This document shows positions 1-9,093 of a DNA stretch of 43,353 bases, piece after piece; within the stretch, counting starts at the first letter, position 1, and each line of letters opens with the position of its first letter. Both the position numbers and the translations under genes were made by a program. This DNA comes from a virus. Lineage: Duplodnaviria > Caudoviricetes. The DNA lies in IMG/VR virus record IMGVR_UViG_3300037461_000389, positions 1-43,353 of that record. The stretch is one strand, 5' to 3'. The notes beneath the pieces are model-generated. The model saw nothing but the letters and a program-made list of their open reading frames with translations, was not told the origin of the DNA and did no database searches.

Positions 1-32
1 CAGCCCATTCGTACTGTCTGTAGTTCTGACAT
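1..32 (-). CDS. 5' part of a 76-aa hypothetical protein spanning the window junction (continues at 43353..43155)
   Basis: ATG at 32 preceded by GGAG. Reads MSELQTVRMG and continues in frame as WANQFPGVHF... when joined to the right end. Confidence 0.75.
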   Translation of the reverse strand, partial: MSELQTVRMG

Positions 33-50
33 GCCGATTTCTCCATAGAG

Positions 51-77
51 GGCGCGCCGGTATTCCACCGGCGCGCC
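51..77. terminator. GC-rich hairpin downstream of the cement gene (terminator or mRNA-stabilising stem)
   Basis: GGCGCGCCGGT-ATTCC-ACCGGCGCGCC is a perfect 11-bp stem. The T-rich tail is present only on the + strand. Confidence 0.5.
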
Positions 78-95
78 GTTTGGTTTTGATTACGA

Positions 96-608
96 TCAGA
101 ACACCTTGCGGTTGGCCACGTTGATACGCTGAACGAGAGCCGCCGACATGGTGCCATCGGTAGGACTGGCTGTCCCAACCAGAAAGCCGATTCGGAGGTA
201 CCGTTTCAGCGCGGCCAGCCAGCCGGAGCCAGCGGCGACGGCATAGGCATACGACTTGGAGCCAAGCAGCCCCAAGAAGATTTGCAGCCCCGCCGTACAG
301 GAAGCAACCGGGACCACAGTAGTCCCAGCCGACCACACTTTCGTCCACGACGCCCACGCCGTACTCAGCGTATCGGCGGAGTAGAGACTGAAGGTGTAGG
401 TGCTGGTTGCTCCGACGAACGCGGTCCCGATCTTCCAATCGAGAACCAGATCGTTGACGGACAGGCCGGTTTCCTGTAACTGTTGGAGGTCAACCGTCCA
501 TCCGCTTGTGGTGCCCGAGTACACTCCGTTGCCGAAGTAGATGTTGGACCCGAAGGTGCAACTGGTAATCAAGCCATCCCACAGGATGAGATTTTGGTCA
601 AGCAGCAT
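96..608 (-). CDS. Capsid cement/decoration protein (Bbp16-like)
   Basis: Immediately downstream of the major capsid gene. Starts MLLDQNL, has a C-terminal KRYLR..GTMSAAL motif and is beta-rich. RBS AAGGAG. Confidence 0.7.
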   Translation of the reverse strand: MLLDQNLILWDGLITSCTFGSNIYFGNGVYSGTTSGWTVDLQQLQETGLSVNDLVLDWKIGTAFVGATSTYTFSLYSADTLSTAWASWTKVWSAGTTVVPVASCTAGLQIFLGLLGSKSYAYAVAAGSGWLAALKRYLRIGFLVGTASPTDGTMSAALVQRINVANRKVF

Positions 609-670
609 TGCTATAACTCCTTACGAAATTTCGTTTGTTTGTTTGTTCGCAACCACGACACGCATCAGGA

Positions 671-1684
671 CTATGATACCTGATGTTCGCCGGTATAGTT
701 GGTTGACGTTGCGATGGGCAACACCTCACAGATTTTGACGGGCTTGCCGAAGAACGTCATCACCGGCATACCGAACGCATCTTGGACGTTGCCGTAGGTG
801 TAACCACGGGCAGCCGCCGACGCACGTTTGTCCATCATCGACCGGACGGAACGGTTGCAGTAGATCACCGCACCGGCCCCGCCATACGGCAGCGCGTTCA
901 GGGCATCGACCAGCACGCCCTCGAACGCATCCCCGGTGGCATTGTAGGCGATGTTGACAACGCGCTTGACGCATCGCGTGTCACGAATCACCAGCCCGCC
1001 GAAGAATTTGAAGTGCGAACGCACGCCCTGGTACTTGTTGCCATCGGCGTCGATCAGGGTTTGTTCGCCGAGGTCACGGTGCTGGATTCCGAGGGAGGCG
1101 TGACCCTTGGGGTACGCCATGAACACCTTGTCGAGTCCCCATTGAACCACATAGATACTCGAAAGGGTTCCCGTTCCCGTCCCGGCCGCCGTGTAGACGT
1201 TCGGATTGGAAAGGGCGTTGTAGCGCGGAGCCAGCCCGTAAAACTTCTCGGGCGCGGCGGGGAGATCGGTTGCCGAGCCGAATCCGAACGCGGCATACGG
1301 GTTTCCGTAAAACAGCGTGCGGGCATAGGTCTGGCCCATGCCTTCGATGAAGGAGATGTCCTCTTGGGAGCGGTAGGCGATGGGGTCGCTTTCCAGTTCC
1401 AGAAGGGCACCGTCGATCTCGGAGTAGTCTTCGAGCATCCCCAGCGATTCGGTGACTTTTTCCGTTCCGGATACCGAAGTCGGAACACCCTTGTTGATCC
1501 GACGCCACGTTCCGGCGGGGAGGTTGGTTCGGACGGAACAGACGTGCTGCCCCGCGCCGTTCGCCTCACGCCACACGGCGTCCTGCATAATCGGATTGGA
1601 TTGATTCAGAGCTTCGCAAATCTCCAAAATGGACCCATTGTGAGTCCGCTTGGCAAGCTCTAACAGAGTCATTGCAGTAGGCAT
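671..1684 (-). CDS. Major capsid protein (BPP-1-like family), 337 aa
   Basis: Start reassigned to ATG 1684 (RBS GGAGAG). Motifs RTNLP..TWRRINKG, LEDYSEID, FIEGMGQ, FYGLAPRY, SIYVVQWG. Lies downstream of the scaffold gene. Confidence 0.92.
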   Translation of the reverse strand: MPTAMTLLELAKRTHNGSILEICEALNQSNPIMQDAVWREANGAGQHVCSVRTNLPAGTWRRINKGVPTSVSGTEKVTESLGMLEDYSEIDGALLELESDPIAYRSQEDISFIEGMGQTYARTLFYGNPYAAFGFGSATDLPAAPEKFYGLAPRYNALSNPNVYTAAGTGTGTLSSIYVVQWGLDKVFMAYPKGHASLGIQHRDLGEQTLIDADGNKYQGVRSHFKFFGGLVIRDTRCVKRVVNIAYNATGDAFEGVLVDALNALPYGGAGAVIYCNRSVRSMMDKRASAAARGYTYGNVQDAFGMPVMTFFGKPVKICEVLPIATSTNYTGEHQVS

Positions 1685-1732
1685 TTTATACTCTCCATTC
1701 AACTGGCTCTTATTCGCAAGGTAAATGGGCGC

Positions 1733-1774
1733 AAAAAAAATGGCCGACAGAGAGACAGGCCCCTGTCGGCCATT
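1733..1774 (-). terminator. Intrinsic terminator in the capsid-gene leader
   Basis: On the minus strand: AATGGCCGACAG-(12 nt)-CTGTCGGCCATT, running into an 8-T tract. Confidence 0.8.
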
Positions 1775-1916
1775 CCGGTATGCCTTGCGTTCCGGGCAAG
1801 GACGGCCATCCTTGCGGCGGAAACCCATTCACTGATTTTTATAAGAGCGTTCTTTGTCTTTTTTTACTCTTTACAATCACACACATTCAGCGCGAGACTG
1901 CTTCCCCTTGACCCGG

Positions 1917-2681
1917 CTACTTCTTCTGCTTTTGCATGCTGGGATAGTTCAGCACTCCACTGGACGCCGACCTTGGCGTTCCAGAGCCGGAGCCAGCATG
2001 GAAGGAATCATCGGCCATCAATTTGCCGATTTTGGCGAACGCCTTGGCCATCGCCGGGGAGTTTCCGATTTTGAAATCCCCAAGCTCTTGAACCAGATCA
2101 TCGCCGCCCAGCCAGTAAATGGCCCGCTTCGTCAGTTCCATATTGGCATCGTACTGATCGCCCCAATCTTTTTTCAGGGACGCATTGGCGGCCTCGACCG
2201 CCTTCTTGTTTGCGTCACTCTGTGCGGCGAACGCCGCAACTTGGTAGCGATTGTACTCGTCATACATGGACTTGAATTGGGCCGAAGTCAGGCCGAGCTT
2301 GTGAGCCATCGCTCTGAAGGACTTTTCTGCGCCTTCGTCATAGCTCATCCCTTCGGGCAGTTTCGGACGGGGCAGATCATACTTGTCCGGCGACTCCGGA
2401 CGGCCCAGCCGCGCGTAGAAGTCACCGAGTTCTTTTTCGGTTGCTCCTTCGCCGGGGAGTGTAACGCTGTTTTTGGTCTTTCCAACAAGGTCGAGATGTG
2501 CCTTCCCAAGGTCTGAGATTGTCGCAAACTGGGTCAGTACATCATTGCCTTGAAGGTCGCCAACTAACTGCGACGCCCATGCTGGTTTGTTCTGCGTACC
2601 CGCTGCCGAGTTCGGAGGGTTTTGTGCGCCCCCGCTGTTTGATTCGCTTTTATTGTTTGTCGTTTCCGCTGCCGTGATCAT
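1917..2681 (-). CDS. Capsid scaffolding/assembly protein
   Basis: Motifs LGRPESPDKYD, AHKLGLT..Q, LKKDWGDQYDAN. Located between portal and capsid. Likely start ATG 2681 with GGAG. Confidence 0.85.
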   Translation of the reverse strand: MITAAETTNNKSESNSGGAQNPPNSAAGTQNKPAWASQLVGDLQGNDVLTQFATISDLGKAHLDLVGKTKNSVTLPGEGATEKELGDFYARLGRPESPDKYDLPRPKLPEGMSYDEGAEKSFRAMAHKLGLTSAQFKSMYDEYNRYQVAAFAAQSDANKKAVEAANASLKKDWGDQYDANMELTKRAIYWLGGDDLVQELGDFKIGNSPAMAKAFAKIGKLMADDSFHAGSGSGTPRSASSGVLNYPSMQKQKK

Positions 2682-2931
2682 GGCTAAAATACTCCGTTTG
2701 CCAGTTTGCCGTATCATTCAAAACACTTTTATAGTCCAAAGCAAATATACCACAACAGGACATGATTTCGACCGCCGCATTGTGCCGAGCGATCCCCTCA
2801 TCGTCCTTGACCCAATCCAAAAGACCCAGCCGACCCATGAGATCAGCCAGAACCTCAACCCCTTCGCGCGACGAAAACACGTTGCGGTATTTCTGCATCA
2901 CCGGTTGGGTTGTCACGGGGGCCGCTGCCAT
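2650..2931 (-). CDS. Small virion-associated protein (Bbp19-like)
   Basis: YRNVFSSREGVEVLADL motif and position directly after the portal. Confidence 0.65.
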   Translation of the reverse strand: MAAAPVTTQPVMQKYRNVFSSREGVEVLADLMGRLGLLDWVKDDEGIARHNAAVEIMSCCGIFALDYKSVLNDTANWQTEYFSHDHGSGNDKQ

Positions 2932-2932
2932 G

Positions 2933-4570
2933 TTAAGACTGTACCTCCTGAAGCACTTTTTCAGCGGCAGAGTTTGGCTCGATGGTACGGCGGGCGTTGC
3001 CAGCCGCCGAGGCCATCGTTTGGGCCAGTTCGGCCTGGGCCTGTGCCGCCTCCTGCTGACGCTTCTGGTCGATCAGAGACTGGATTTCCTCGTCCGTCCG
3101 GATATGGTCTTGTGGCATCCCCGCCGCCTCGACAAGCGTCTTGGCCGTCTTGATCGGGTCGATAACGTACAAGACTTCGGGGTAGGCCGCCGCCATCGGA
3201 AACAGGACTTGCTGTGCGTTGGTAATCCCCTGGGTCTTGAAATGTCGTTTTTGAATCTGGCTCAGCGGGCCGAGATAGTCCACATCGATCCGACCGCCAC
3301 GCTGCGCCAAAATGGCGGGGGGCGGAGGGATTCGACCAGCCCGATACTCAATCTCGAAAGCACGATCCATCAACGGATCGAGGACGTCGACGGTCAATCG
3401 GCCAATCTGTGAGCCGAGAACCACCGCCTTCTCCCCCTGCTTCTCCATAATCTCCGTCGCCGTCATCACCTTTTCCGCCGAGTTCAGCATCAGGAAGAAG
3501 TCGACGTTGAAATGCTCGTCTATGGCATGTTCAAACCGGGCCTCACGATCCATGCCGCCACGCATGTCCCCGACAATATTCATCGGTGTGACCATGCGCT
3601 GGGGGTCAGAGTAGTAGTTAATGCCACGAGGATTGATCCGAACCTTGCCGCGAAGCTCGTCCGGGGCGTTCAACGGCGGTTCACCGGCAAGCTGGGCCTG
3701 CTGAAGCAGGGACTTGGTTACCGTATTGATCCCGGAGATTTCACAGATCGCCTCGGTGGCGGGCGAGCGGCCATATTCCTCATCGGAGTTTTTCAGCGTC
3801 CGCCAACAAGTCGCCGGGACCATCGAGTAGCCCGACACGCTCATCTCCCATGTGTCCGCAGGAAGGATGTAGGCGGACAGGATTGGCTTGCCCATCGGGG
3901 CCTTGGCCTCGTCGGTGGAAGGAAGGCACGCATGGACGACGGGGATCGACGCATACGGCGTGTTCTTCGCCGTCGTCAGTACCGACTCGGGAAGCCCGCC
4001 AGAACCAAACTTGCCCACCACCTCACGGGCGGGCATCAGAAAATCACGGAAAATCGTATCGACCACTTCCTCCGCAGTCTCGGCAATGAAAATCTCACGA
4101 GGGTGACGAACCGAATAATTGATCTTGCCCGTCACGACATTCTCGTTGGAAAACATCGTGGCCGTGCCAACACACCCGCCATCCCGAAAATACTCGTCAA
4201 TCGCCGAATAGAAATTGGACCGCTGAAACGACAGACGCACCCGCTCGGTGGCAACCTCAAGCCACGACCGAACCTCCGCGTTCTCGTTCAACTCCCCATC
4301 CGACAGCATCAGCTTGAACCACGGGAAGGATGGGCTGACCAAGTACCCCTTCAAGCCGTTGGCCCACACACGCAACGCACGAACCGCCTTCGATGAATAG
4401 GCCGTCTGACCCCGCTTCTTGTCCTCATACTCGGACGTGGGATCAATCGGCCCGCGACCGGGATTGGCAAGCTCGATTGCCTCGTTCCACATGCTTTCCC
4501 ACGGATAACGACGCCTGCGAAGATGCTCAAGCATGTCTAAAAGGTGTTTGGCTCGTTCTGTCTTTGCCAT
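2933..4570 (-). CDS. Portal (head-tail connector) protein
   Basis: 545 aa with SPSFPWFKL, EEYGRSPA, MTATEI.EK..EK, LGPLSQ motifs typical of T7/BPP-1-type portals. Confidence 0.95.
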   Translation of the reverse strand: MAKTERAKHLLDMLEHLRRRRYPWESMWNEAIELANPGRGPIDPTSEYEDKKRGQTAYSSKAVRALRVWANGLKGYLVSPSFPWFKLMLSDGELNENAEVRSWLEVATERVRLSFQRSNFYSAIDEYFRDGGCVGTATMFSNENVVTGKINYSVRHPREIFIAETAEEVVDTIFRDFLMPAREVVGKFGSGGLPESVLTTAKNTPYASIPVVHACLPSTDEAKAPMGKPILSAYILPADTWEMSVSGYSMVPATCWRTLKNSDEEYGRSPATEAICEISGINTVTKSLLQQAQLAGEPPLNAPDELRGKVRINPRGINYYSDPQRMVTPMNIVGDMRGGMDREARFEHAIDEHFNVDFFLMLNSAEKVMTATEIMEKQGEKAVVLGSQIGRLTVDVLDPLMDRAFEIEYRAGRIPPPPAILAQRGGRIDVDYLGPLSQIQKRHFKTQGITNAQQVLFPMAAAYPEVLYVIDPIKTAKTLVEAAGMPQDHIRTDEEIQSLIDQKRQQEAAQAQAELAQTMASAAGNARRTIEPNSAAEKVLQEVQS

Positions 4571-4579
4571 GCCAATGCC

Positions 4580-4789
4580 CTATCCCAACAGACTCCGATT
4601 CCCCGAACCATCGCCGCCCTGAGAATACATCCCACTCAACAGCGTCGAACGACGCCCCTTGGCCAACCGCTCACGCCTGCGAATCGCCTCCGCCGCAGCC
4701 GACGCAGTCTCGTCATCCTCGACCGGAGTCGGGGGAGGGCTTACCACCGCAGGGGGTGGTGACTTCTTCATTCCGCCGCCGCTACCCAT
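4580..4789 (-). CDS. Small virion protein between terL and portal
   Basis: Pro-rich N-terminus, RRR...GRRSTLLSG and C-terminal SLLG, the usual pattern at this position in such podoviruses. Confidence 0.65.
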   Translation of the reverse strand: MGSGGGMKKSPPPAVVSPPPTPVEDDETASAAAEAIRRRERLAKGRRSTLLSGMYSQGGDGSGNRSLLG

Positions 4790-4790
4790 C

Positions 4791-6431
4791 TTATGAACCT
4801 CTCCATTCTTCTAACGGGTTGTACGACTTGGCATACGCATGATCTTCTTCCGCGTCTATCGAGTCGCCCAACGACTTGTTCTGAAACACACCACGCACTC
4901 TACTATACCGCACACTGACCGCCATGTACCGAAAACTGTCCGCCCCATGCGACGCCCAATTATGCAACGGAGAGTCCGAGTACCGAACCAGCTTCTCATT
5001 CCACTCCTTCCGATACGACGCCAACGCCTTCAAACCACGCTTGCACTTCTCGGAATCAAACCAGCACCGACTGAATACCGTCCGAACCGCATCAATCCCA
5101 TCCTGTATCGAATGGCGCGGAACCACCCGAAAATGAACGCCAAGACCACGAGCCGTCTCCAGCCGGGATATCCCCGTCGAAAAATCACGAACCGCTATGT
5201 CCGGCGGCGCAAAATGCTCACCGTACACATACCCCTTGCTCTGTAACAACGTCAGGTAATATCGCAACCCCTGCCCGCTCTCCTCGTGGTAATCAATCAA
5301 CCGTATCTCCATCGGCGTGATCTGTGCAAACCAGATCGTCGTCGAATCGTCCATCCCCAAGTCCCAAAACGTGTGGACAGGCAACGATGAGTCATAGGCA
5401 ATCACCCGACTCCGACCCTCAGAAGATACCTTGCTGACGTCCTGCGAGTAATACGCCCCCTCCGTCGAATACCAAAACGCCTCGTCAGGATACGATGGAT
5501 ACTCCTGAAACATCAAGTCCTTCAGCCGACTCCGCTTCAATGAATACCACGACTTCTGACCATCACTCAACACAATCCCACGCTTCTCCAACGACTCAAA
5601 ATACCCCGCATACTGGTCCGAAACACCACCAGAAGGATCAGCCACATACTCCGGACTACGCCACCACGGAAAAAAATGAAACCGATACCGGTCCGGATGA
5701 TCCACACCCGAAGCCAAATCCAACTGACTGTCACGACATAATTCGTAAAAATCCCCGTCCGCCCCCTCCGCCGTCGACTCAATAAACCCAACCCCTCCCT
5801 TGTGCAACGCCTGCTCCGCCCCACTCTTAATCTCCACCGCCTTCTCCGGATACCGGGCACATATCTTCCCGTACTCCGACACCAACAAATAATCCAACGT
5901 CGCAGACCGCATCGATACCCCAACCCGAATCGACGACCCGTTCGACAAAATCAACTCACCCCCGTCCCGCTTCACCGCCGTAACATGCTCCAAAACCTCC
6001 GCAGGCAACCGATCATAGGGATACAAAATCTTGTTCCGAAAAATCGCCTGCGCGTCCGGCAACGTGTGGGCAATAATCCCAGCACGAACATTCCGGTTAA
6101 ATACACACGCATCAAGTATCATCAAACAAATAAACGTCGTAAACCCCAACTGACGGGCCTTCAATATCACATTCAACCGCCGCAACTCACGATTCAACTC
6201 CTCCTGCTCCGCATTAGGCACAAACACAACCTCAACCCCCTCCTTGTTCACAATCCAATAATACTTCCGCAACCGACTCATATAGTCAGCCAATGTCTCA
6301 ACATCATCAACCAATGTCTCCGACGCCACCCCGTTATTATCCGAAATTATTTTCGGATTCACTTTTCTTGAAACTATGCCTTTTTTTTGATTCGCCATTA
6401 TTGGCCCAAAATCCACACTTTTTGGAATCAT
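4791..6431 (-). CDS. terL: Terminase large subunit
   Basis: ATPase motifs ILKARQLGFTT, LLVSE, ESTAEG. Nuclease motifs WDLGMDDST and HNWASHGADSFRY. Confidence 0.95.
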   Translation of the reverse strand: MIPKSVDFGPIMANQKKGIVSRKVNPKIISDNNGVASETLVDDVETLADYMSRLRKYYWIVNKEGVEVVFVPNAEQEELNRELRRLNVILKARQLGFTTFICLMILDACVFNRNVRAGIIAHTLPDAQAIFRNKILYPYDRLPAEVLEHVTAVKRDGGELILSNGSSIRVGVSMRSATLDYLLVSEYGKICARYPEKAVEIKSGAEQALHKGGVGFIESTAEGADGDFYELCRDSQLDLASGVDHPDRYRFHFFPWWRSPEYVADPSGGVSDQYAGYFESLEKRGIVLSDGQKSWYSLKRSRLKDLMFQEYPSYPDEAFWYSTEGAYYSQDVSKVSSEGRSRVIAYDSSLPVHTFWDLGMDDSTTIWFAQITPMEIRLIDYHEESGQGLRYYLTLLQSKGYVYGEHFAPPDIAVRDFSTGISRLETARGLGVHFRVVPRHSIQDGIDAVRTVFSRCWFDSEKCKRGLKALASYRKEWNEKLVRYSDSPLHNWASHGADSFRYMAVSVRYSRVRGVFQNKSLGDSIDAEEDHAYAKSYNPLEEWRGS

Positions 6432-6450
6432 TCAAGATGAGCTTATACCC

Positions 6451-6473
6451 ATAACCGGAACCATTCCGGTTAT
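6451..6473. promoter_or_regulatory. Palindromic protein-binding site (parS-like), copy 1, between terS and terL
   Basis: ATAACCGGAA-CCA-TTCCGGTTAT, with a near-identical copy at 16448-16470. Confidence 0.75.
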
Positions 6474-6491
6474 AAGTAAAATCCTGTCCAC

Positions 6492-7127
6492 TTATCCACC
6501 GCCGTCAAATATCGCGTCCAATATCCCACCACCACCACCAGATGGGGGCGGAATGGGTGGAGATTGGGTGGAAGATGGGGGGAGATCGGGGGGAAGGGGG
6601 TGGTCAAGACACTGTGACCCCCCGGGGCCGGGGGCGACCACCTTCGGGGGTGGGGGGGGCGGGGTGCCGGGTACTGGAGTCCCTTGTTTGGCCAAAACAG
6701 AGGATTCGACAGCCCGCCGACCCGCCATAGACCGACCCGACAGGCAAGCCAACAAATCACGCATCCCGCCGCCCTTGCCGCCGCCCTTGCCCTCGGTATC
6801 GACCAACCCGGCCAGCTTGCACCGATCCCACATAGCCTTCCGCGCGACCTCGTATTCAAACCGGCCTAACGCCCTGGCGATAAGGTCATCATAGCCATTA
6901 AGCGCGTCGGTCAGGGAGAACGCCGCCCGCCGTTCACCCCTATCCAATTCGCGGTCAATGGCCCGCTGGACTATCGGTATTGACGGCCACGTCAGGCACG
7001 CCGCCGCCGTCCGGCCAATGAACGCCGCACCACTGGCCACCGACTGGCCACCATCAACATAACCACGGGCAAACCCGCGAGCCTGTGCGGCAGTAACCCG
7101 GCAACTGAATTGTCCTTTACGTCCCAT
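6492..7127 (-). CDS. Putative terminase small subunit with Pro/Gly-rich tail
   Basis: Directly upstream of terL. HTH-like N-terminus (AQARGFARGYVDGGQSVASGA) followed by helical segments. Start reassigned to ATG 7127. Confidence 0.7.
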   Translation of the reverse strand: MGRKGQFSCRVTAAQARGFARGYVDGGQSVASGAAFIGRTAAACLTWPSIPIVQRAIDRELDRGERRAAFSLTDALNGYDDLIARALGRFEYEVARKAMWDRCKLAGLVDTEGKGGGKGGGMRDLLACLSGRSMAGRRAVESSVLAKQGTPVPGTPPPPPPKVVAPGPGGSQCLDHPLPPDLPPSSTQSPPIPPPSGGGGGILDAIFDGGG

Positions 7128-7164
7128 GCTCGGATTATACCGGCACACGCACCGGACGAGGCAA
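7128..7164 (-). promoter_or_regulatory. Putative late promoter giving a leaderless terS mRNA
   Basis: Perfect TATAAT (7139-7134) ends 6 nt before the ATG and there is no SD. TTGCCT lies at a 19-bp spacing. Confidence 0.5.
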
Positions 7165-7285
7165 GACAGCCCGGGTTTACCCCCCCCGCCGCCCCCTTGG
7201 CCTGTCGCCCTCTTGTGTTTTGAGGCTTGATAACACATTGCGATGTTGCCTAAAAATATATTTTCGAAAATCCAAGGATTATGTA

Positions 7286-7314
7286 TTGCATAATGGCGCG
7301 TTATGCCGTATAGT
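7286..7314 (+). promoter_or_regulatory. Sigma70-type early promoter
   Basis: TTGCAT-17 bp-TATAGT, overlapped by the inverted repeat GCATAA-N7-TTATGC and followed by tandem CACGTGACAG at 7325 and 7336. Confidence 0.65.
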
Positions 7315-7381
7315 ATGATATGTTCACGTGACAGGCACGTGACAGACACGAATGACACACGCAGAGAGAAAGGGAAAGACA

Positions 7382-8548
7382 ATGGAAACGCAGACGAACC
7401 AAGACAACATTATTGACTCTATGACGAAGGCTCCAACGATAACGAAGGCTTACACGCAATGGCGGTTAAGGCCGGATGACCAAAGGTTTGAGACGCTGGA
7501 GGCATTGAAGGAGGCAGTAGGCGCGCGGCGGCGGGAGTCGTGGACGGCCACGCCTCGTGCGGCCAAACTACGAGTTGTCACGGACGAGGAGAGAGGCGGA
7601 CTTGGCGTTGAAGTGTTCGACCACACGAGAGGCACGGAGCGAGTATTGACGCCGACCAACTGGGCTTTCTCACAACTGTCACAGTATGCGGGAGCGCCCG
7701 CTCAGTATCTCAGGAAACTACCCCCTGTCCTTGCTGGCATAAATCTTCAATGGGGCTTGGAACATATGCCCGCCCGGGAAGACATGCTCACGCTGGCCCA
7801 CTCTGCCCCGGATGGAGAGAACACGTTACGCGCCATCACGTCCCCCAGCTATGGGAGGATATGGGATGAACAGGTTGTTGATTCGGTCATCGCGGTGAAT
7901 CGTGATGGACGCTGGAAAATCCCATCCTCATCGTCTGCGACACGTAACCCACGCCGCGCGACCACGCTTTACGCTTCGGATAGGGATGTGTTTATCTTCC
8001 TGGTGGACGACCAACACCCGATCGAAGTCCCCGGCAAGAATGGCCTCGATACTTTATATCGCGGCTTTATGACGTGGAATAGCGAAACCGGTTCTGACGT
8101 ATTCGGATTACAGACTTTCCTTTATCGCACGATATGCGATAACCGAATCATCATGGGTTTACACAACGTCCGCGAACTCCGCATCAGGCACACCGGCGGA
8201 GCGCCAGAACGCTTTCGGTATGAAGGCGCTCATTATCTCCGGCGGTATGCTGACGAATCCTCGAAGCCAATCATTGACACTGTGGTTAAGGCCCGCAATA
8301 CCGAGCTTGACGCGGCTAAGCCAACCGCCGACAAAGACGCCCTCACTAATTGGATGATCAAACGCGGCTTTACCCGCCCCGAGGCTCAGGGAGCTATCGC
8401 ATCTGCCAAGGCCGAGGAAGGCGAGGCCCGATCGATATGGGATATCGTATCCGGCATCACCGCCCACGCCCGGACGCTAAGCCACGCGGACGCCCGGGTT
8501 ACCCTCGAAGAAAAGGCCGGGAAGCTGTTATCCGACCTCACGAAATAA
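7382..8548 (+). CDS. DUF932-family protein
   Basis: Motifs QWRLRPDDQRF, LRAITSPSYGRIWD, TTLYASDRDVFIFLVD, RGF..WNSETG, C.NR...G, RIRHT. First gene after the early promoter. Confidence 0.85.
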   Translation: METQTNQDNIIDSMTKAPTITKAYTQWRLRPDDQRFETLEALKEAVGARRRESWTATPRAAKLRVVTDEERGGLGVEVFDHTRGTERVLTPTNWAFSQLSQYAGAPAQYLRKLPPVLAGINLQWGLEHMPAREDMLTLAHSAPDGENTLRAITSPSYGRIWDEQVVDSVIAVNRDGRWKIPSSSSATRNPRRATTLYASDRDVFIFLVDDQHPIEVPGKNGLDTLYRGFMTWNSETGSDVFGLQTFLYRTICDNRIIMGLHNVRELRIRHTGGAPERFRYEGAHYLRRYADESSKPIIDTVVKARNTELDAAKPTADKDALTNWMIKRGFTRPEAQGAIASAKAEEGEARSIWDIVSGITAHARTLSHADARVTLEEKAGKLLSDLTK

Positions 8549-8616
8549 CCCCCTATCTCTGCACCGCTGGGCGCTGCCGACCGTGAGCGCCAGGCTATTT
8601 TAAAGGAATCCCGCAC

Positions 8617-9015
8617 ATGATTATCAAGATCAAACCTTGGGAAATGCTCTGCCAGAGACAGCCAGACGAGCCTAAATTTTACGGCATCGCGGGAGGCAAG
8701 GGAGAATCGGCTTTCCTGCACTATCTGAAACGCACCTTAAATTGTACTGGCGGGGCTTGTATTTGTGAATTTGACGGACGCGGCAGGCTCGAAGACTTTC
8801 CATTCAATGACCTGGCCCGCCGCTGGAAGAAGGCGCGTATGGCACGACATGGACACCTCGTCAGTGACACGCAACACTATATTTTCGCCGACACCCCGGC
8901 GGGAAGGTTTGCGATATACAACCCAAACTACGCCATAGAAGGCATTGAGAAAGATTGGAACGCTGGACAATGCACCCTTGCTATTGTCTTTTCCCCGAAG
9001 GAGGCCCGGCAATGA
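8617..9015 (+). CDS. Hypothetical early protein
   Basis: RBS AAGGA, 132-aa ORF with ATGA overlap to the next ORF. Confidence 0.7.
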   Translation: MIIKIKPWEMLCQRQPDEPKFYGIAGGKGESAFLHYLKRTLNCTGGACICEFDGRGRLEDFPFNDLARRWKKARMARHGHLVSDTQHYIFADTPAGRFAIYNPNYAIEGIEKDWNAGQCTLAIVFSPKEARQ

Positions 9016-9093
9016 CACCCCAAGCAATCACAGAGGCCCGCGCCACGCTGGCCCGGTATGGAATCCAACTAATAATCACAGGAGACTTGACCC

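Noticed and set aside
1685-1828. 48-aa N-terminal extension of the capsid protein given by the ORF track
   Set aside because: It runs through the terminator hairpin, and a good RBS precedes ATG 1684. The track's extensions for terS (7382), scaffold (2717), 34003, 13389 and 12969 were trimmed for similar reasons.
1733-1830. Known riboswitch (e.g. c-di-GMP-I) in the capsid leader
   Set aside because: A GCAA-containing segment is superficially similar, but I could not match the conserved aptamer core by eye. It is kept only as an unclassified attenuator candidate.
6628-6642. Lambda-like cos site (GGGGGCGACCA resembles GGGCGGCGACCT)
   Set aside because: Short imperfect match in very G-rich DNA, and the terminase/portal type is not lambda-like. 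Likely chance.
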